A stretch of 64,000 nt of DNA from Eledone cirrhosa (Eukaryota): assembly GCA_964016885.1 (NCBI GenBank), contig OZ024741.1:50282001-50346000 (forward strand), given 5' to 3'. Of the stretch, positions 1-12,094 are shown one piece after another; position 1 is the stretch's first letter, and each line of letters starts with the position of its first letter. The translations under genes were made by a program, and so were the position numbers. Below the pieces are notes generated by a model, which searched no databases, was not told the origin of the DNA, and worked only from the letters and a program-made list of their open reading frames with translations.

Positions 1-103
1 AAGAGAGATAGGGTGTTATCTCATCTGTGTTTTGTTTTGGGGCTGAACACTTTACTCTACATTAGCTTAGTTATCAGGAATAGAAAGAAATCATTATCAG
101 GGA

Positions 104-512
104 ATTGTTATACTTTGGGAGGGTCATGCTGCCAATAAAAACACATGCACTTGTTGGTTTTCACTTCAATTTATTATAAACTTTTGGTTGGTTGGTTCTA
201 TAACTGGATGGTTGTTTATATATTGTCAAAGCTCTTTTGTCATATATTCTGTGACCTCCTCAGTGACTGGGTTTTTCTACACCATCTTGTTTTTCTTGAA
301 AAACAAGATGTAGGACAAAACAAAGGAGAGACACAAAATAAAAACCCAGTCACTGAGGAGGTCACAGAATATGTGATGAAAGAGCTTTGACAATATATAA
401 ACAACCATCCGGTTATCGAACCAACCAACCGGAAATTTATAATAAATTGAAATGAAAACCAACAGGTGCGTGTGTTTTTATTGGCAGCATGACCCTCCCA
501 AAGTATAACAAT
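104..512. repeat. Fold-back inverted repeat (arms about 104-276 and 340-512), probable PLE terminal-repeat remnant
   Basis: Arms of about 173 bp are near-perfect reverse complements (attgttatactttgggagggtcatgc... vs ...gcatgaccctcccaaagtataacaat). The spacer holds a second hairpin, catcttgtttttc-tt-gaaaaacaagatg. Each arm contains an HHR-like motif. Confidence 0.85.
349..391 (+). ncRNA. Minimal type I hammerhead ribozyme motif
   Basis: GTCA-CTGAGGA-G-GTCACA(GAATA)TGTGAT-GAAA-GAGC-TT^TGAC. Stem I is GTCA/TGAC and stem II is 6 bp. The mirror copy in the left arm has GAAA changed to AAAA. Confidence 0.6.
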
Positions 513-629
513 ATCTCTTTCAACACACGTTTTCAGATAAGAAATCTTGCAAAACAAATTAAAAAACGAATTATCAGGGAATATTACCTCACCAGATAAA
601 CACACATACATGTCAAGCCAATGAGGGTG

Positions 630-830
630 ACTAGATGGTCACTTAACTGCTAGAAACAGCAGTGAAATATCTTTCAATTCACACCCTACCATCTTAGAAA
701 GGGACATGTTGGATAATGTAGCCAGGATTTCATGCAAATAGGAAATAAGACAGGGTGGTCGTGACTAGAATGACTTTGATTAATGGTCTGTTTGATAAGA
801 GCTGCCTCAGGAGCTAAATAACAACAACCA
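630..830 (+). repeat. Abundant dispersed repeat (gctagaaatagcagccaaatctc...ggggctaaacaacaac family)
   Basis: Diverged copies near 2700-2870 (-), 14810, 15850, 20100 (-), 33010-33380, 35700, 43240-43560, 46700 and 57290. The (AAC)n end suggests a retroposon tail. Confidence 0.7.
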
Positions 831-1185
831 TTCACACACACAAAATGAATCACAAGGAAAATTGCAGTAAACATTTTTTTTTTTTACATTTCAAAATCTG
901 ACAAATTTAAGGATGCATGAGTTAGTTGTTTAGCAGAATTATTTTAAGCAAGGTTAATATTTCAAATCATTTCTGGATGTATGTACTACATACATTAAGT
1001 TATGTTAGTGAAACAATAACGCTAATCTGATACAGCTTGAGGGCCTCAAATTTGGGAGTGGGAATAATCAATTATACAATCACCTTTACTTACTTATTAC
1101 CATATTTATAGTGAAATACACTGTATTTGAATTAATGAAGATTGTGGAGAGATTTACTAAAATAATTATTTCATTAAGATACTAT

Positions 1186-1445
1186 TAATAATAATAATGA
1201 AATTATTGTGTACAGTGCTCAGGTGCACTATAATTCATCAAAGGTGCATGTATAGTACATAGAATAATGTACAAATGTCAGGAAAATGAACAGTGTATGA
1301 GTCATGATATAATAATAATAATAATAATGAAATATTGTGTACAGTGCCCAGGAGCACCACAACTCATCAAAAAGTGCACGTACAGTACATAGGGCAATGC
1401 ACAAACATCAGGAAAATGAACAGTGCACGAGTCATGATACATGTA
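1186..1445 (-). mobile_element. Two tandem CR1/L2-type LINE 3' ends with (TTA)n tails
   Basis: Both units are reverse complements of the 3' UTR of the CR1 fragment at 27.7 kb (gtagtgcacctgagcactgtacacaat + (att)n). Confidence 0.75.
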
Positions 1446-2067
1446 AGAGACATTTTATTTGTAAGATAATTTAACAAAAGGTTCTCATATCAATTTATGT
1501 TGAAAGAATTTATATAGGAACCCTTTCAAACAAATTGTCTTGTTTCACGGAACCAGAGGCAGTTTTCTTCAGGTTCATATGAAAAGGGTTACTATGAATA
1601 GTTACCTTCTCAAGAGAGAACTGGACCTAACAAGGAGTAGCATTCAGAAGTAGAGCGTGAGAGTTACAAGTGACTGGAACTACCAGCCTATAAATCACTG
1701 TAACCTCCTTACACACACTACCATGTGCCAAGGAAGGGAGAGATGCATATAACTTTGGATTACTTAATCTGCTAAGCTGTAAACTGGTACTATTATTATT
1801 GAGGAGGTCACTGTAAGATCACAAAAACTCTATATATTCTGAGTCATTCTAATGTCCAGAGTTATCACCTCACAAAGATCAATCTTACTTCCAACTGCAT
1901 TCAGCGATTTCATTTTTTATCAATTTTAACTTCACAAATATTTCTCATTAACCATATTTCTCATTTAAAAAAAAAAAAAAAAAAAAAAATCACTTCATGT
2001 GATTTTCAAATCATTTTGAAAAATATAAAGAATTAGGAGAGATTTAGTAATATCAGTGTTCCCAGTG

Positions 2068-2245
2068 AAGGCATGTGGCTGAGTGGTTAGAGAATTGGAT
2101 TCACAATCGTGAGGTTGTGAGTTTGATTCCTGGACCAGGCGATGCGTTATGTCCTTCTACCTGGAGTTGTGATTGATAGATAGTACTAGCAATTGGAAAA
2201 ACCAATGGAAACATTGTTTCCTCGGTCCGATTTGACGAAAGTCGA
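2068..2245 (+). mobile_element. tRNA-derived SINE
   Basis: A box TGGCTGAGTGG and B-box-like GAGTTTGATTCC. The body (ggaaacattgtttcctcggtccgatttgacga) is shared with 32208-32385 and 58020-58200. Confidence 0.7.
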
Positions 2246-2307
2246 TCGATCCTTTAGTAATATAACTAATTTTCTCATTATCAAGCTTTGTTTGTTACAT
2301 AACTTAA

Positions 2308-2486
2308 CCCCTTTGCATTTACATTATATTTAGTATTGTATTTTCATGGCAAAGGTTTTATCTCACATAATATTGAATCTATTAGATTTTGATATTATTT
2401 ATTTTGAGAACAATACCTTTACATCAGAATGAGTGGCCAGTTACAGCCGGTTTGAACAGAAAGAAGCCGGTTTAAATGCTAAAGGG
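2308..2486. mobile_element. piggyBac-type MITE
   Basis: TTAA on both sides. TIRs CCCCTTTGCATTTA...TAAATGCTAAAGGG. A second copy is at 58485-58693. Confidence 0.75.
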
Positions 2487-3391
2487 TTAAAGGTTCTTAC
2501 AGAAAATTACAATGGGAGGTTTTTAGATAAAAAATAAACACATTAAAACAAAGAGTTTTGTATCATTGAACCAGGGGTGATTTCTTGTATCAAAAGGGTT
2601 AAAACTAATGTTTGTCTTTTTTTTTTTACAGACGAAATTTTAATTGATTAAATCATTTTTGGAGGGGGAAGGGTCACTTCAGTTGTCAAATAAGTAGTTT
2701 GTTGTTTAGCCCCAGGTTATCTTTCATTAAACAGACCTATGATAAAAGGGTATTACAGTCTTAACCCTCTCAACTCTTTTCTTTAGGCATAGTATATATA
2801 GGCCTATCTTATTCAATGTGTAACTTCCATTTTTCTTAGACAGTAAGGTGTAATTTGAGGCAGGATCGAATAACAACATGGTTCCCTTATTGACAAACAG
2901 TTAGCATAGGAACACTTTACATATGAACCACCAACACCAATATTATACATACATACACACACGTTTATACACAACTGAATGAAATCTCTCCAGAAAGTTC
3001 CAAAATGCTGAGAATGAAAGAAACAATTGTTATTAGGGTGATGTTAACATGTGAGCATGCAACAAAGTAGTAGTAGTAGTAGTAGCAGCAGCAGTGGTAA
3101 TAGTAGTAGCAGCAGCAGTGGTAGTAGTATGCAAACATAAGTAAACAGTAGAGTATAACACAGGAGACAGTATAGCCCTTGATTGAATACCTCAGGTGAG
3201 AGAACTACTAAATACAACAATATTACTAACCGTCACTGATTACTTCAGTACAACTAATTCACTTATATAATAACAAAAAAGTGATGCTTAAAATTTCAAA
3301 AGAAATTTATTAAAAATGTGTGTAGTTATAACTAAATAGAGTGTTATAGTTGACTTTGTGGCTACTACTGTGTAGAATTAGCACTATCATC

Positions 3392-3428
3392 ATATATATA
3401 TTATTTATATATATATATATATATATTA

Positions 3429-3480
<52 letters not shown>

Positions 3481-3578
3481 TATTTATATATGTATATATA
3501 TATGTATATATATATATATTATTTATATATGTATATATATATGTATATATATATATATATTATTTATATATGTATATA

Positions 3579-3609
<31 letters not shown>

Positions 3610-4478
3610 ATGTATATATATATATATATTATTTATATATGTATATATATATTATATTTATATATGTATGTATATATATATTATATTTATATATGTATGT
3701 ATATATATATATATATTATTTATATATGTATATATATATGTATATATATACATATTTATATATGTATATATATATGTATATATATATATATTATTTATAT
3801 ATGTATATATATATGTATATATATACATATTTATATATGTATATATATATGTATATATATATATATTATTTATATATGTATATATATATGTATATATATA
3901 TATATATATTTTTTATATATGTATATATATATGTATATATATATATATATATTTTTTATATATGTATATATATATATATATATATTTTTTATATATGTAT
4001 ATATATATGTATATATATACATTATTTATATATGTATGTATATATATATATATATTATTTATATATGTATATATATATGTATATATATATATATATTATT
4101 ATATATATGTATATATATATGTATATATATATATATATATTATTTATATATGTATATATATGTATATATATATATTATTTATATATGTATATATATATAT
4201 ATATATTATTTATATATGTATGTATATATATATTATATTTATATATGTATGTATATATATATATATTATTTATATATGTATGTATGTATATATATATTAT
4301 TTATATATGTATGTATACATATATATATTATTTATATATGTATGTATACATATATATATTATTTATATATGTATGTATACATATATTTATTATTTATATA
4401 TGTATGTATATATATATATATATATATATTATTTATATATGTATGTATATATATATATATATATATTATTTATATATG

Positions 4479-4525
<47 letters not shown>
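3392..4525. repeat. 1.1-kb compound (TA)n satellite with a higher-order unit (TATTTATATATGTA...)
   Basis: Almost pure A/T with a regularly recurring TATTT and ATGTAT punctuation. It generates the spurious Y/I-rich ORFs. Confidence 0.95.
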
Positions 4526-4527
<2 letters not shown>

Positions 4528-4821
4528 GTACATTTATATGTGTTAGTTTTGCACTGAGAGCCACCAACCACTAATATGTAATATGTTAGACCTGACAACC
4601 ATTGCTACTCTATGATGCATTCAACTTGATGGTTGTTTCTATTATTGGACATGATAAACCGCATTGCTAGACAGGGTGGTCACTTGTAAATAGTCCATCG
4701 CGACAATGACCATTCTCCTCTTCCTCAGCATTATCACTATTTCCTCCATGCCTGCAACAGCTAGATTGTCCGTCTGTCATCAGGCCTGAGTTAGCCAAAG
4801 AGAAGACTTGGACCCACTTAC

Positions 4822-4860
4822 CCACCTCTCCCAGCGGACAAAGTCTCTGAATACTGATGG
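4822..4860 (-). CDS. Candidate 39-nt host exon
   Basis: Minus strand: long pyrimidine tract tttctttattttcctctctctctcctgatAG, then 39 nt open in all three frames (PSVFRDFVRWERW / ISIQRLCPLGEV / HQYSETLSAGRG), then a consensus donor G|GTAAGT. Confidence 0.45.
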
Positions 4861-5633
4861 CTATCAGGAGAGAGAGAGGAAAATAAAGAAAACAGCAGCA
4901 TTTAAAAGCAGAATGTTGGCACAAAGCAAGCAAAAAGCAAAGGATAGAACAACAGTTATCTATGATGATGTGAATGATGATGAAAATGATGATCATGAGG
5001 AAAATGAAGAAAATAGGGGTGGAGATGATGGTGTACATTGCCAAGAATCTTGGTTAGGTTGCATGTTTTTAGTCACTCACACCTCCAGAAATAGCATGTG
5101 TCTACTAATCATGTAGTCAGAGAAGTATGCTGAGTAGAGGTGCTGGAGGTAGAGAGATGATTCCTTTTGGGGGTTTGCAAACCCTGGAATGGAATAAAAT
5201 ACAAAGGTACCCTCAAAGCTTTGCATCATCAGGAGAAGCCAACAACAACATAATGATGATACAAAAGAGAATAACAACCCAATTGTTAATGGAGGGATCC
5301 CAAAACCAGCACACCAGCAGGACTGTTTCAACTAAACCCTATATCCCTTACATATACATCTTCACATACACACATAGACAGAGGGACAGCAAGACATTAG
5401 TGAAGGAGGCAACATGCCTCATCACCAGGGAAAAGATGAAGAAGCAGCCAAGACGTTCACAGCCTACTATATTGCAAGGGAAATGACGATGGTGGTGATA
5501 ATGATGAATGAAATGCATATAAATTGTGAAAAAAAAGGGTAGAAAAAACAACAGAAAACTGCAAATATTCCACAGAAATTCTTACCAAACATGACCAAAG
5601 TTGCATCACATGTAGAAATATTGTTTTGATTAA

Positions 5634-5675
<42 letters not shown>

Positions 5676-6225
5676 CCAAGTAAAAAGTGTTGGTTGATCA
5701 AGCAACCGACCCGACTATAGTGTAATCAGACATAAGCACTCCACGACATGGGTACCTTAAGGAATTACCTATATGCTATAAGACGGATAACATATAGAGA
5801 GAGCTATAATTAGTACCTATTACAAAGTAACACAACAATGGCCTGGCTACAAATGAGCAACATTTCAAATATTTGATATGAACATACATGAATTGCCTAC
5901 ATGAAATACTTTTGGAATAAAATCTAATATCACTATGGTTCCATTTTTATTCATATTTCTTAAGAGTGCGAAAGGTGGAAAGCTACTTATGGCATATAAA
6001 TCTATATACTACAGCTAGAAACTATTTAGCTAGTGAATGCTGAAGCTATTTTATCTGTCATAAAGTGTATCAAATTAGCATTTGCATGGTATACTAAAAT
6101 AACTGGTTAACGAGGAGAGAAGACGGGTGATAGGGTAGGTAAAGAGAAAGGAAAGGTGAGGCAGAGAAATACAGAGAAAGCAAGAAAAAAGGGGGAGCTG
6201 ATGTAGAAGGTAGAAGCTCTTAAAG

Positions 6226-6341
6226 CTAATTCAGAAATGTGAAAGTAACTAAAAAAATAATCGAAACCAGAGTTATTCCCCTTGATCTACTTCGAATGTC
6301 GTCAGATAAAGCTGACGAAGACCAGTTGTAGGCAATTAAAC
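6226..6341 (-). CDS. Candidate terminal coding exon with hydrophobic C-terminus (GPI-signal-like)
   Basis: Acceptor gtctgctttgtttgctAG|G. The phase-1 reading is LIAYNWSSSALSDDIRSRSRGITLVSIIFLVTFTFLN*. No homology recognised. Confidence 0.25.
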
Positions 6342-7478
6342 CTAGCAAACAAAGCAGACATCTATACGGCTCTAGACCCGTTAGAAGTAGCAGCCGAATT
6401 CCCTTCAAACACCACTTTACTATCTTAAATAAAGGAAGCTCATCCATATGTAGTTCTAGATATATGGAAAGTCGAACTGTTCTGTTACCAGTCAGTGTAT
6501 ACGTATATACCTTAACCCATAGTATTGAATACTAAAATAGTTTGAAATAAGGACAACGTCTCACATCTGGCTTGAGCCTATTACGATCTGGGCTTCCCTT
6601 GGGTTGTTGTCTCAATATGTAAACTAAACGACTTATTCTGTTTGTTTTTTAATCAACAGAGACAACCTAGAAAAATTACCGATTTTCCAAACACCTCCCG
6701 CCCACACCTATAATTTGAGACGCAAGTGTACATGTTAGATCTGTGCTGAGTCTTACCATATAGAGGTGAGGCGTGCTACACTTTACATCTGGCCTGAGCT
6801 TAGGACTAGGCCTTTTAATAAATATGGGGGGAGGGGGGCAAACAATATACCATTCTTGGTCAATGAGAAATATGATAAAGATAATACGTCTGAACTATTG
6901 AAATAAAATATATTATTAACATAATATCTAAGAACAAAATATCAAAAGGGGGAGGGGGGATTGTTTCACGTAAGAAACATTTGGAGGATTTGAAAATTGA
7001 AATGTGTGTGTCCCAACAAAAATTACCAGAATAGTAGACGATCACTGTAAATAGTTGAGAAAATCAAGTAAAGTACCCCTGTGAGGCACCTCTATCCACA
7101 TTGTTTCCATCTCCAAAGGCACTTTAATCGATTTTCCAAACTACTATAGTGATGAAGTATTATTATAGCTATTTGCATTGGTATGCACACCCATCAAATA
7201 TTTGATGGTTAAATGTTAAGTTTATTCTATTGTAGTGATGCTGCAGTGGTCACATTTGGTTGAGATAGAATATATATAAAATATATAACAAACAATACAA
7301 AAAAAGCAAAACATTGTTAGCATGTAGACACAAAGAATTAAAAAAAATATACTGAACAAAAATGACAAAAAAGCAACAGACAGCTTAGATTCCTTTACAC
7401 ACATGTATGTATGTGTGTATATATACATACATACATACAACATACATATGTACATATGTGTGTAAAGGAAACTTTATA

Positions 7479-9749
7479 TGAGGTGTTCAGGATTGCTAGG
7501 CAATGCGTCAAGGAAAACCGTGATATTGTCGGGGAGAAGTGTGTACTAAACGACGATGGCACACTTGCCATCACCGACGCTGATAAGAAGGTAGCTTGGA
7601 AGTGTCACTATGAAAGGCTACTAAATGAGGAGAATAAATGGGAGAAAGACAGTCTCCCCCATATCGACCCAATAGAGGGACCAGCAGTGTTAGTCGAGGG
7701 GAGTATAATAAGTAAGGCAATCAAGGATATGAAGACGGGTAAGGCGGCTGGGCCTTCGGAAATAGTTGCTGAGATGCTGAAGGCATCTGGCACGGTGGGA
7801 CACACCATGGTCACCCGCATAGTTAACCAAGTCGTACAGAATGGGGTTGTTCCGAAGGACTGGCATAGCAGCATCATCGTTAACTGTTATAAGGGTAAAG
7901 GAGACGCCCTAGATAGGAGTAACTATAGAGGCATTAAATTAATCGACCAGGTCATGAAGGTCACGGAAAAAGTAATAGCGCAACTAATCAGAGAGAGAAT
8001 TGACCTAGATGAAATGCAGTTCGGGTTTGTGTCAGGCAAAAGTACCACAGACGCTCTTTTCATAGTACGACAACTACAGGAGAAGTACCTAGCTAAAGGT
8101 AAACCCCTATACTTAGCTTTTGTCGACTTGGAGAAAGCCTTCGACAGAGTCCCCCGCTCCATTATCTGGTGGGCTCTTAGAAAACTAGGCGTTGACGAAT
8201 GGCTTGTGAGGGCTATACAAGCCATGTATAAAGAAACAGTCAGCAAGGTTAGAATTAACAACGAATATAGTGAAGAGTTTAGCGTAAAAGTTGGCGTCCA
8301 TCAGGGCTCTGTTCTCAGCCCACTACTATTTATTATTGCCCTTCAGGCTATAACAGAGGAGTTCAAGACAGGCTGCCCATGGGAACTCCTATACGCAGAC
8401 GACCTGACACTCATAGCGGAATCAATGGCCGAGCTAGAGAAGAAATTCCAAACATGGAAGCACGGCCTAGAGTCAAAAGGACTTAAAATTAACCTGGCTA
8501 AGACCAAAGTACTAGTTTGTAGGAAAGAAAACAAGGCGGCGGTCCCTTCTGGGAAATGGTCGTGCTCGGTGTGTAGGAAAGGCGTAGGTAGAAACTCCAT
8601 TTTATGTCCTAAATGCAAAGTATGGGTGCATAAAAGATGTAGTGGGATCACAGGTAAGCTAACTAAGAACATAGATTTTACATGTGGTCGGTGCTCTGGT
8701 GCAATAAGTAGCAGCAAGTGCCCACAAAATACTAGCTCTTTCAATTGCGCAGAGGGTTCTATAGAAATAGTGGACAGCTTCCGTTACCTGGGCGATAAAA
8801 TCAGCAGTGGGGGAGGGTGCTCTGAAAGTACTGTAGCTAGAGTCAGAACTGGTTGGAAAAAGTTCAGAGAGCTTATACCACTATTAGCTGCTAAAGGGTT
8901 CTCACTAAAAATGAAAGGCAGGTTGTACGATGCCTGCATACGAACAGCAATGCTGCATGGCAGTGAGACCTGGACATTGTGTGCAGAGGATATATGCAGA
9001 CTAGAGAGGAACGAAGCTTGCATGCTCCGCTGGATGTGTAACAGTAATATACGTGAACGGCAAAGCATAAACGAACTAAGGAAAAAATTAGAGATAAGAG
9101 GGATCAGATGTTGTTTACTCGAGAGAAGGCTACGTTGGTATGGACACGTGATGCGCATGAAAGTCGATAGCTGTATAACAAAGTGCAGGGCAATAAAGAT
9201 AGACGGTAGTCACGGAATAGGCAGACCTAGAAAAACCTGGGACGAGCTGATAAACTCCGACATCACACACTTACACCTCTCCAAGACAATGTCACTGGAC
9301 CGAGACCTTTGGCGGTACTCAGTAACAGAGAAGACCCGCCTTACCTAAATATATAGTAAAACCTACTCCAGCCAGTAGGCATCTCTAACAAAATACACCC
9401 CGTCCCACCACCACCACCCCCACCCCATCCACACCACCCCGTTCTATGTAAAGTTATGTTGGTGCCGCGCCATCGAGGCCGAAACAAATGAGATCGTGTA
9501 GGTGTCACGACAAAAAAAACACACAGTCCACGCTGTACTGTGGCCGTGTAGGCAACACAGTAAAAACCTCCCAGACCCACACTGTAAATGTGGTTGGTGT
9601 TAGGAAGGGCATCCAACTGTAGAAAACCTGCCAGACAGTCCTATGCGAGCAAGACAATCACTCTTGCCTCAAGTGGGACTACCCCCGTCCAAACCCATGC
9701 AAGCGTGGAACACGGACGTTAAACGTTGATGATGATGATGATGATGATG

Positions 9750-9751
<2 letters not shown>
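7479..9751 (+). mobile_element. RTE-clade LINE, 5'-truncated, young
   Basis: Uninterrupted RT ORF, 3' UTR and (GAT)n tail running into (TA)n. Closely similar to the copies at 10.9, 38 and 59 kb. Confidence 0.95.
7480..9348 (+). CDS. RTE reverse transcriptase (no endonuclease, 5'-truncated) with an inserted PHD-type zinc finger
   Basis: Motifs NYRGIKL, QFGF, FVDLEKAFDRVP, GVHQGSVLSP, LLYADD, RLRWYGHV, GRPRKTW, and C4HC3 CSVC..CPKC..H..C..CGRC. The first 23 aa of the listed ORF come from flanking simple repeat. Confidence 0.9.
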   Translation, partial: EVFRIARQCVKENRDIVGEKCVLNDDGTLAITDADKKVAWKCHYERLLNEENKWEKDSLPHIDPIEGPAVLVEGSIISKAIKDMKTGKAAGPSEIVAEMLKASGTVGHTMVTRIVNQVVQNGVVPKDWHSSIIVNCYKGKGDALDRSNYRGIKLIDQVMKVTEKVIAQLIRERIDLDEMQFGFVSGKSTTDALFIVRQLQEKYLAKGKPLYLAFVDLEKAFDRVPRSIIWWALRKLGVDEWLVRAIQAMYKETVSKVRINNEYSEEFSVKVGVHQGSVLSPLLFIIALQAITEEFKTGCPWELLYADDLTLIAESMAELEKKFQTWKHGLESKGLKINLAKTKVLVCRKENKAAVPSGKWSCSVCRKGVGRNSILCPKCKVWVHKRCSGITGKLTKNIDFTCGRCSGAISSSKCPQNTSSFNCAEGSIEIVDSFRYLGDKISSGGGCSESTVARVRTGWKKFRELIPLLAAKGFSLKMKGRLYDACIRTAMLHGSETWTLCAEDICRLERNEACMLRWMCNSNIRERQSINELRKKLEIRGIRCCLLERRLRWYGHVMRMKVDSCITKCRAIKIDGSHGIGRPRKTWDELINSDITHLHLSKTMSLDRDLWRYSVTEKTRLT

Positions 9752-9780
<29 letters not shown>

Positions 9781-9825
9781 TACAAATATTAATAAAATAG
9801 ATGTTCTTTTGATCAATTACATTTT

Positions 9826-9870
9826 ATTATACATATTTCGGATGTACAACAGTACGTCCTCATCAGACAA
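9826..9870 (-). ncRNA. Degenerate hammerhead motif in a (TA)n-flanked insert (about 9775-9935)
   Basis: Minus strand CTGATGA-GGACGTAC(TGTT)GTACATCC-GAAA-TATG-TA. Core and stem II are good; stem I is poorly paired. Confidence 0.45.
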
Positions 9871-9957
9871 AATATAATGATACATGACATACCCTGAGAT
9901 GTTAAATGGTTAAGATTTAATCAAGGTAGTCATATATATATATATATATATATATAT

Positions 9958-10235
9958 CATCATCATTCATCCGCTTTTCCCTGCTTGGCATGATTTCTAC
10001 AGCTGGATGCTCTTCCTAACACCAACCTCATTTACAGTGAGTGCTTCACGACCACTTTGCAGTGGAATGATAGGGATCCCAGTCCCTATCATCTCATTTC
10101 TACAGCTGAGTAAATTGGAGCAATGTGAAATAAAATGCCTTGCTCAAGGAAATAGCACATCACCCGGTCTGAGAATTGAACTCACAACCTTTCGATTGCA
10201 AGGCCAATGCTCTAACCACTAAGCCATGTGCCTCC
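9958..10235 (-). mobile_element. tRNA-headed SINE with CORE-like body and RTE-derived tail (internally deleted)
   Basis: A box TGGCTTAGTGG and B box GAGTTCAATTC. Same family as 30043-30389. Inserted in (TA)n. Confidence 0.8.
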
Positions 10236-10275
<40 letters not shown>

Positions 10276-10355
10276 TCTAGCATGGAAATCTTAGAGATAG
10301 TGTATTTGGCATTCACATTAGGATATAATTAGTACATGTTCTTGCATGAATGTCT

Positions 10356-10396
<41 letters not shown>

Positions 10397-10926
10397 CAAC
10401 AAAAATAAAATTCTTCTGTAGTTGCCCGTATGTATTGGTCAACAGAAAAATGGAGAGGCGCCATATCTAGCAGAAGAAGCAGCACCAGACATGAGTAAAA
10501 CCCAGCATTGTAGATTAGTATATTTATTTGCAATTAATTATACATATTTCAAAGATTCTGTCTCCCAATTGTTGTGATGCCACTAATAAATGCTTCTTTC
10601 AAATACATTTTTTTTTTAAATTTAACCCTGGAACAAAGAAGAAAAAAACCCTATAATTTGTTCAACAATTCCTTTGAGTATTTATATTTATCCCGCAACT
10701 GCATAAAAGCTAATGAGAAGCCAGAATCTTTGAAATGCAAGTATAAGTGGAATCCTATAAAGTTGTATGTTGTAGATTTCTGGGTTGTTTTAATAATATG
10801 GGATCCCAATCCTACTATAAAAAGGAACATGAAATGAAGCATCTTGCTCAAAAACTCGATGCGTTGCCTGGTCCAGGAATCAAACTCAATAAGCCATGCG
10901 CCTTCTCTCATTTTATATATATATAT

Positions 10927-11475
10927 CATCATCATCATCGTTTAACGTCCATCTTCCACACTAGCATGGGTTTGGACGGGAATTTTCCTACTTGAGGCAA
11001 GATTGGTTGTCTTGCTCGCATAGGACTGTCTGGCGGGTTTTCTACGGCTGGATGCCCTTCCTAACACCAACCACGTTTACAGTGTGGACTGGGAGGTTTT
11101 TACCGTGTTACCTACATGGCCACATTACAGCGTGGACTGTGTTTTTTTTTTTTTGTGACACCTACACGCCCTCATTTGTTTTGGACTGGATGGTGTGGTA
11201 CCAACATAACTTTACATTGGAAGGGATGGTGTGGATGGGGTGGGGGTAGTGGGGCCGGAGTGTATTTTTGTTAGAGGTGCCTACTGACTGTAGGTTTCGC
11301 TTTGTACTTAGGCAAGGCGGGTCTTCTGAATTACTGTGTATCGCCAAAGATCTCGGTCCAGTGACATTGTCTTGGAGAGGTGTAAGTGTGTGAGGTCGGA
11401 GTTTAGCAAGTCGTCCCAGGTTTTTCTGGGTCTGCCTACTCCGTGGCTACCGTCTATTTTTATCGCCTTGCACTT
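10927..11475 (-). mobile_element. RTE LINE 3' fragment
   Basis: KCKAIKIDGSHGVGRPRKTW...; 3' UTR and (GAT)n tail; both ends lie in (TA)n. Confidence 0.9.
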
Positions 11476-11577
11476 AATATATATATATGTGTAAAAGGTA
11501 AACAGAAATAACAACACAATCGGTACAGTATATGGAAGGTATATATTAGGTTAACGCTTGATATAGCAGGAAGAGGG

Positions 11578-11613
11578 TCTTAACGTTTCAGACGCTAGTC
11601 CTTCATCAGAAGA
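11578..11613 (-). ncRNA. Minimal type I hammerhead ribozyme motif
   Basis: TCTT-CTGATGA-A-GGAC(TAGC)GTCT-GAAA-CG-TT^AAGA, with palindromic AACGTT stem III. The downstream flank is homologous to the 50027 copy. Confidence 0.7.
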
Positions 11614-11890
11614 AAGAATGAGAAATAAAATAGATTGAGAGGACGGGCGGGATGGAATTGGAAAAAATGTCTTTAGATTACACACAGAGACAGACAGACA
11701 AGGAGAGAGAGATTAAGAAGAAATGAAGTCAGTGTTGCAGCATATGTACAAACTTTATAGGCATATTACAACTGTTTTGATATCAATCAGCTCAGGGTAC
11801 AACCAAGATGATGGGGCCTGACTCTTTTTTCAACTCTAGTCAGATATGTGAGTTTATATGTAGTTACACACCTAACTAACACACACACAC

Positions 11891-11940
<50 letters not shown>

Positions 11941-12094
11941 ATGAGAGAGATCTTTCACTTTTTCAGAGATTCTGCCAGAGGATTAGTTAACACACAAGTG
12001 TCCATGAAATAATCAATCATGTAATAATAATGGTTTCTGATTTAGGACAAAGGCAAACAATTTTGGGGGAAGGGAAAGTTGATTAAATCAACTC

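Noticed and set aside
3350-4574. Three long overlapping ORFs (334-398 aa)
   Set aside because: Translation of AT satellite (Y/I/M/C only); not coding.
4706-5116. Plus-strand signal-peptide-like ORF (MTILLFLSIITISSMPATA...) continuing past an in-frame TGA at 4787; possible selenocysteine or edited stop
   Set aside because: No SECIS or homology recognised, the downstream part is low complexity, and the region is better explained by the minus-strand exon and its pyrimidine tract.
7608-9158. Antisense ORFs over the RTE, also at 38690-39424 and 59892-61232
   Set aside because: Shadow ORFs of the RT coding strand, repeated only because the LINE is repeated.
10150-10235. tRNA-like sequences with A and B boxes (also 2068, 30310, 31047, 32208)
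   Set aside because: No complete cloverleaf or acceptor stem; they continue into SINE bodies, so they are SINE heads and not tRNA genes.
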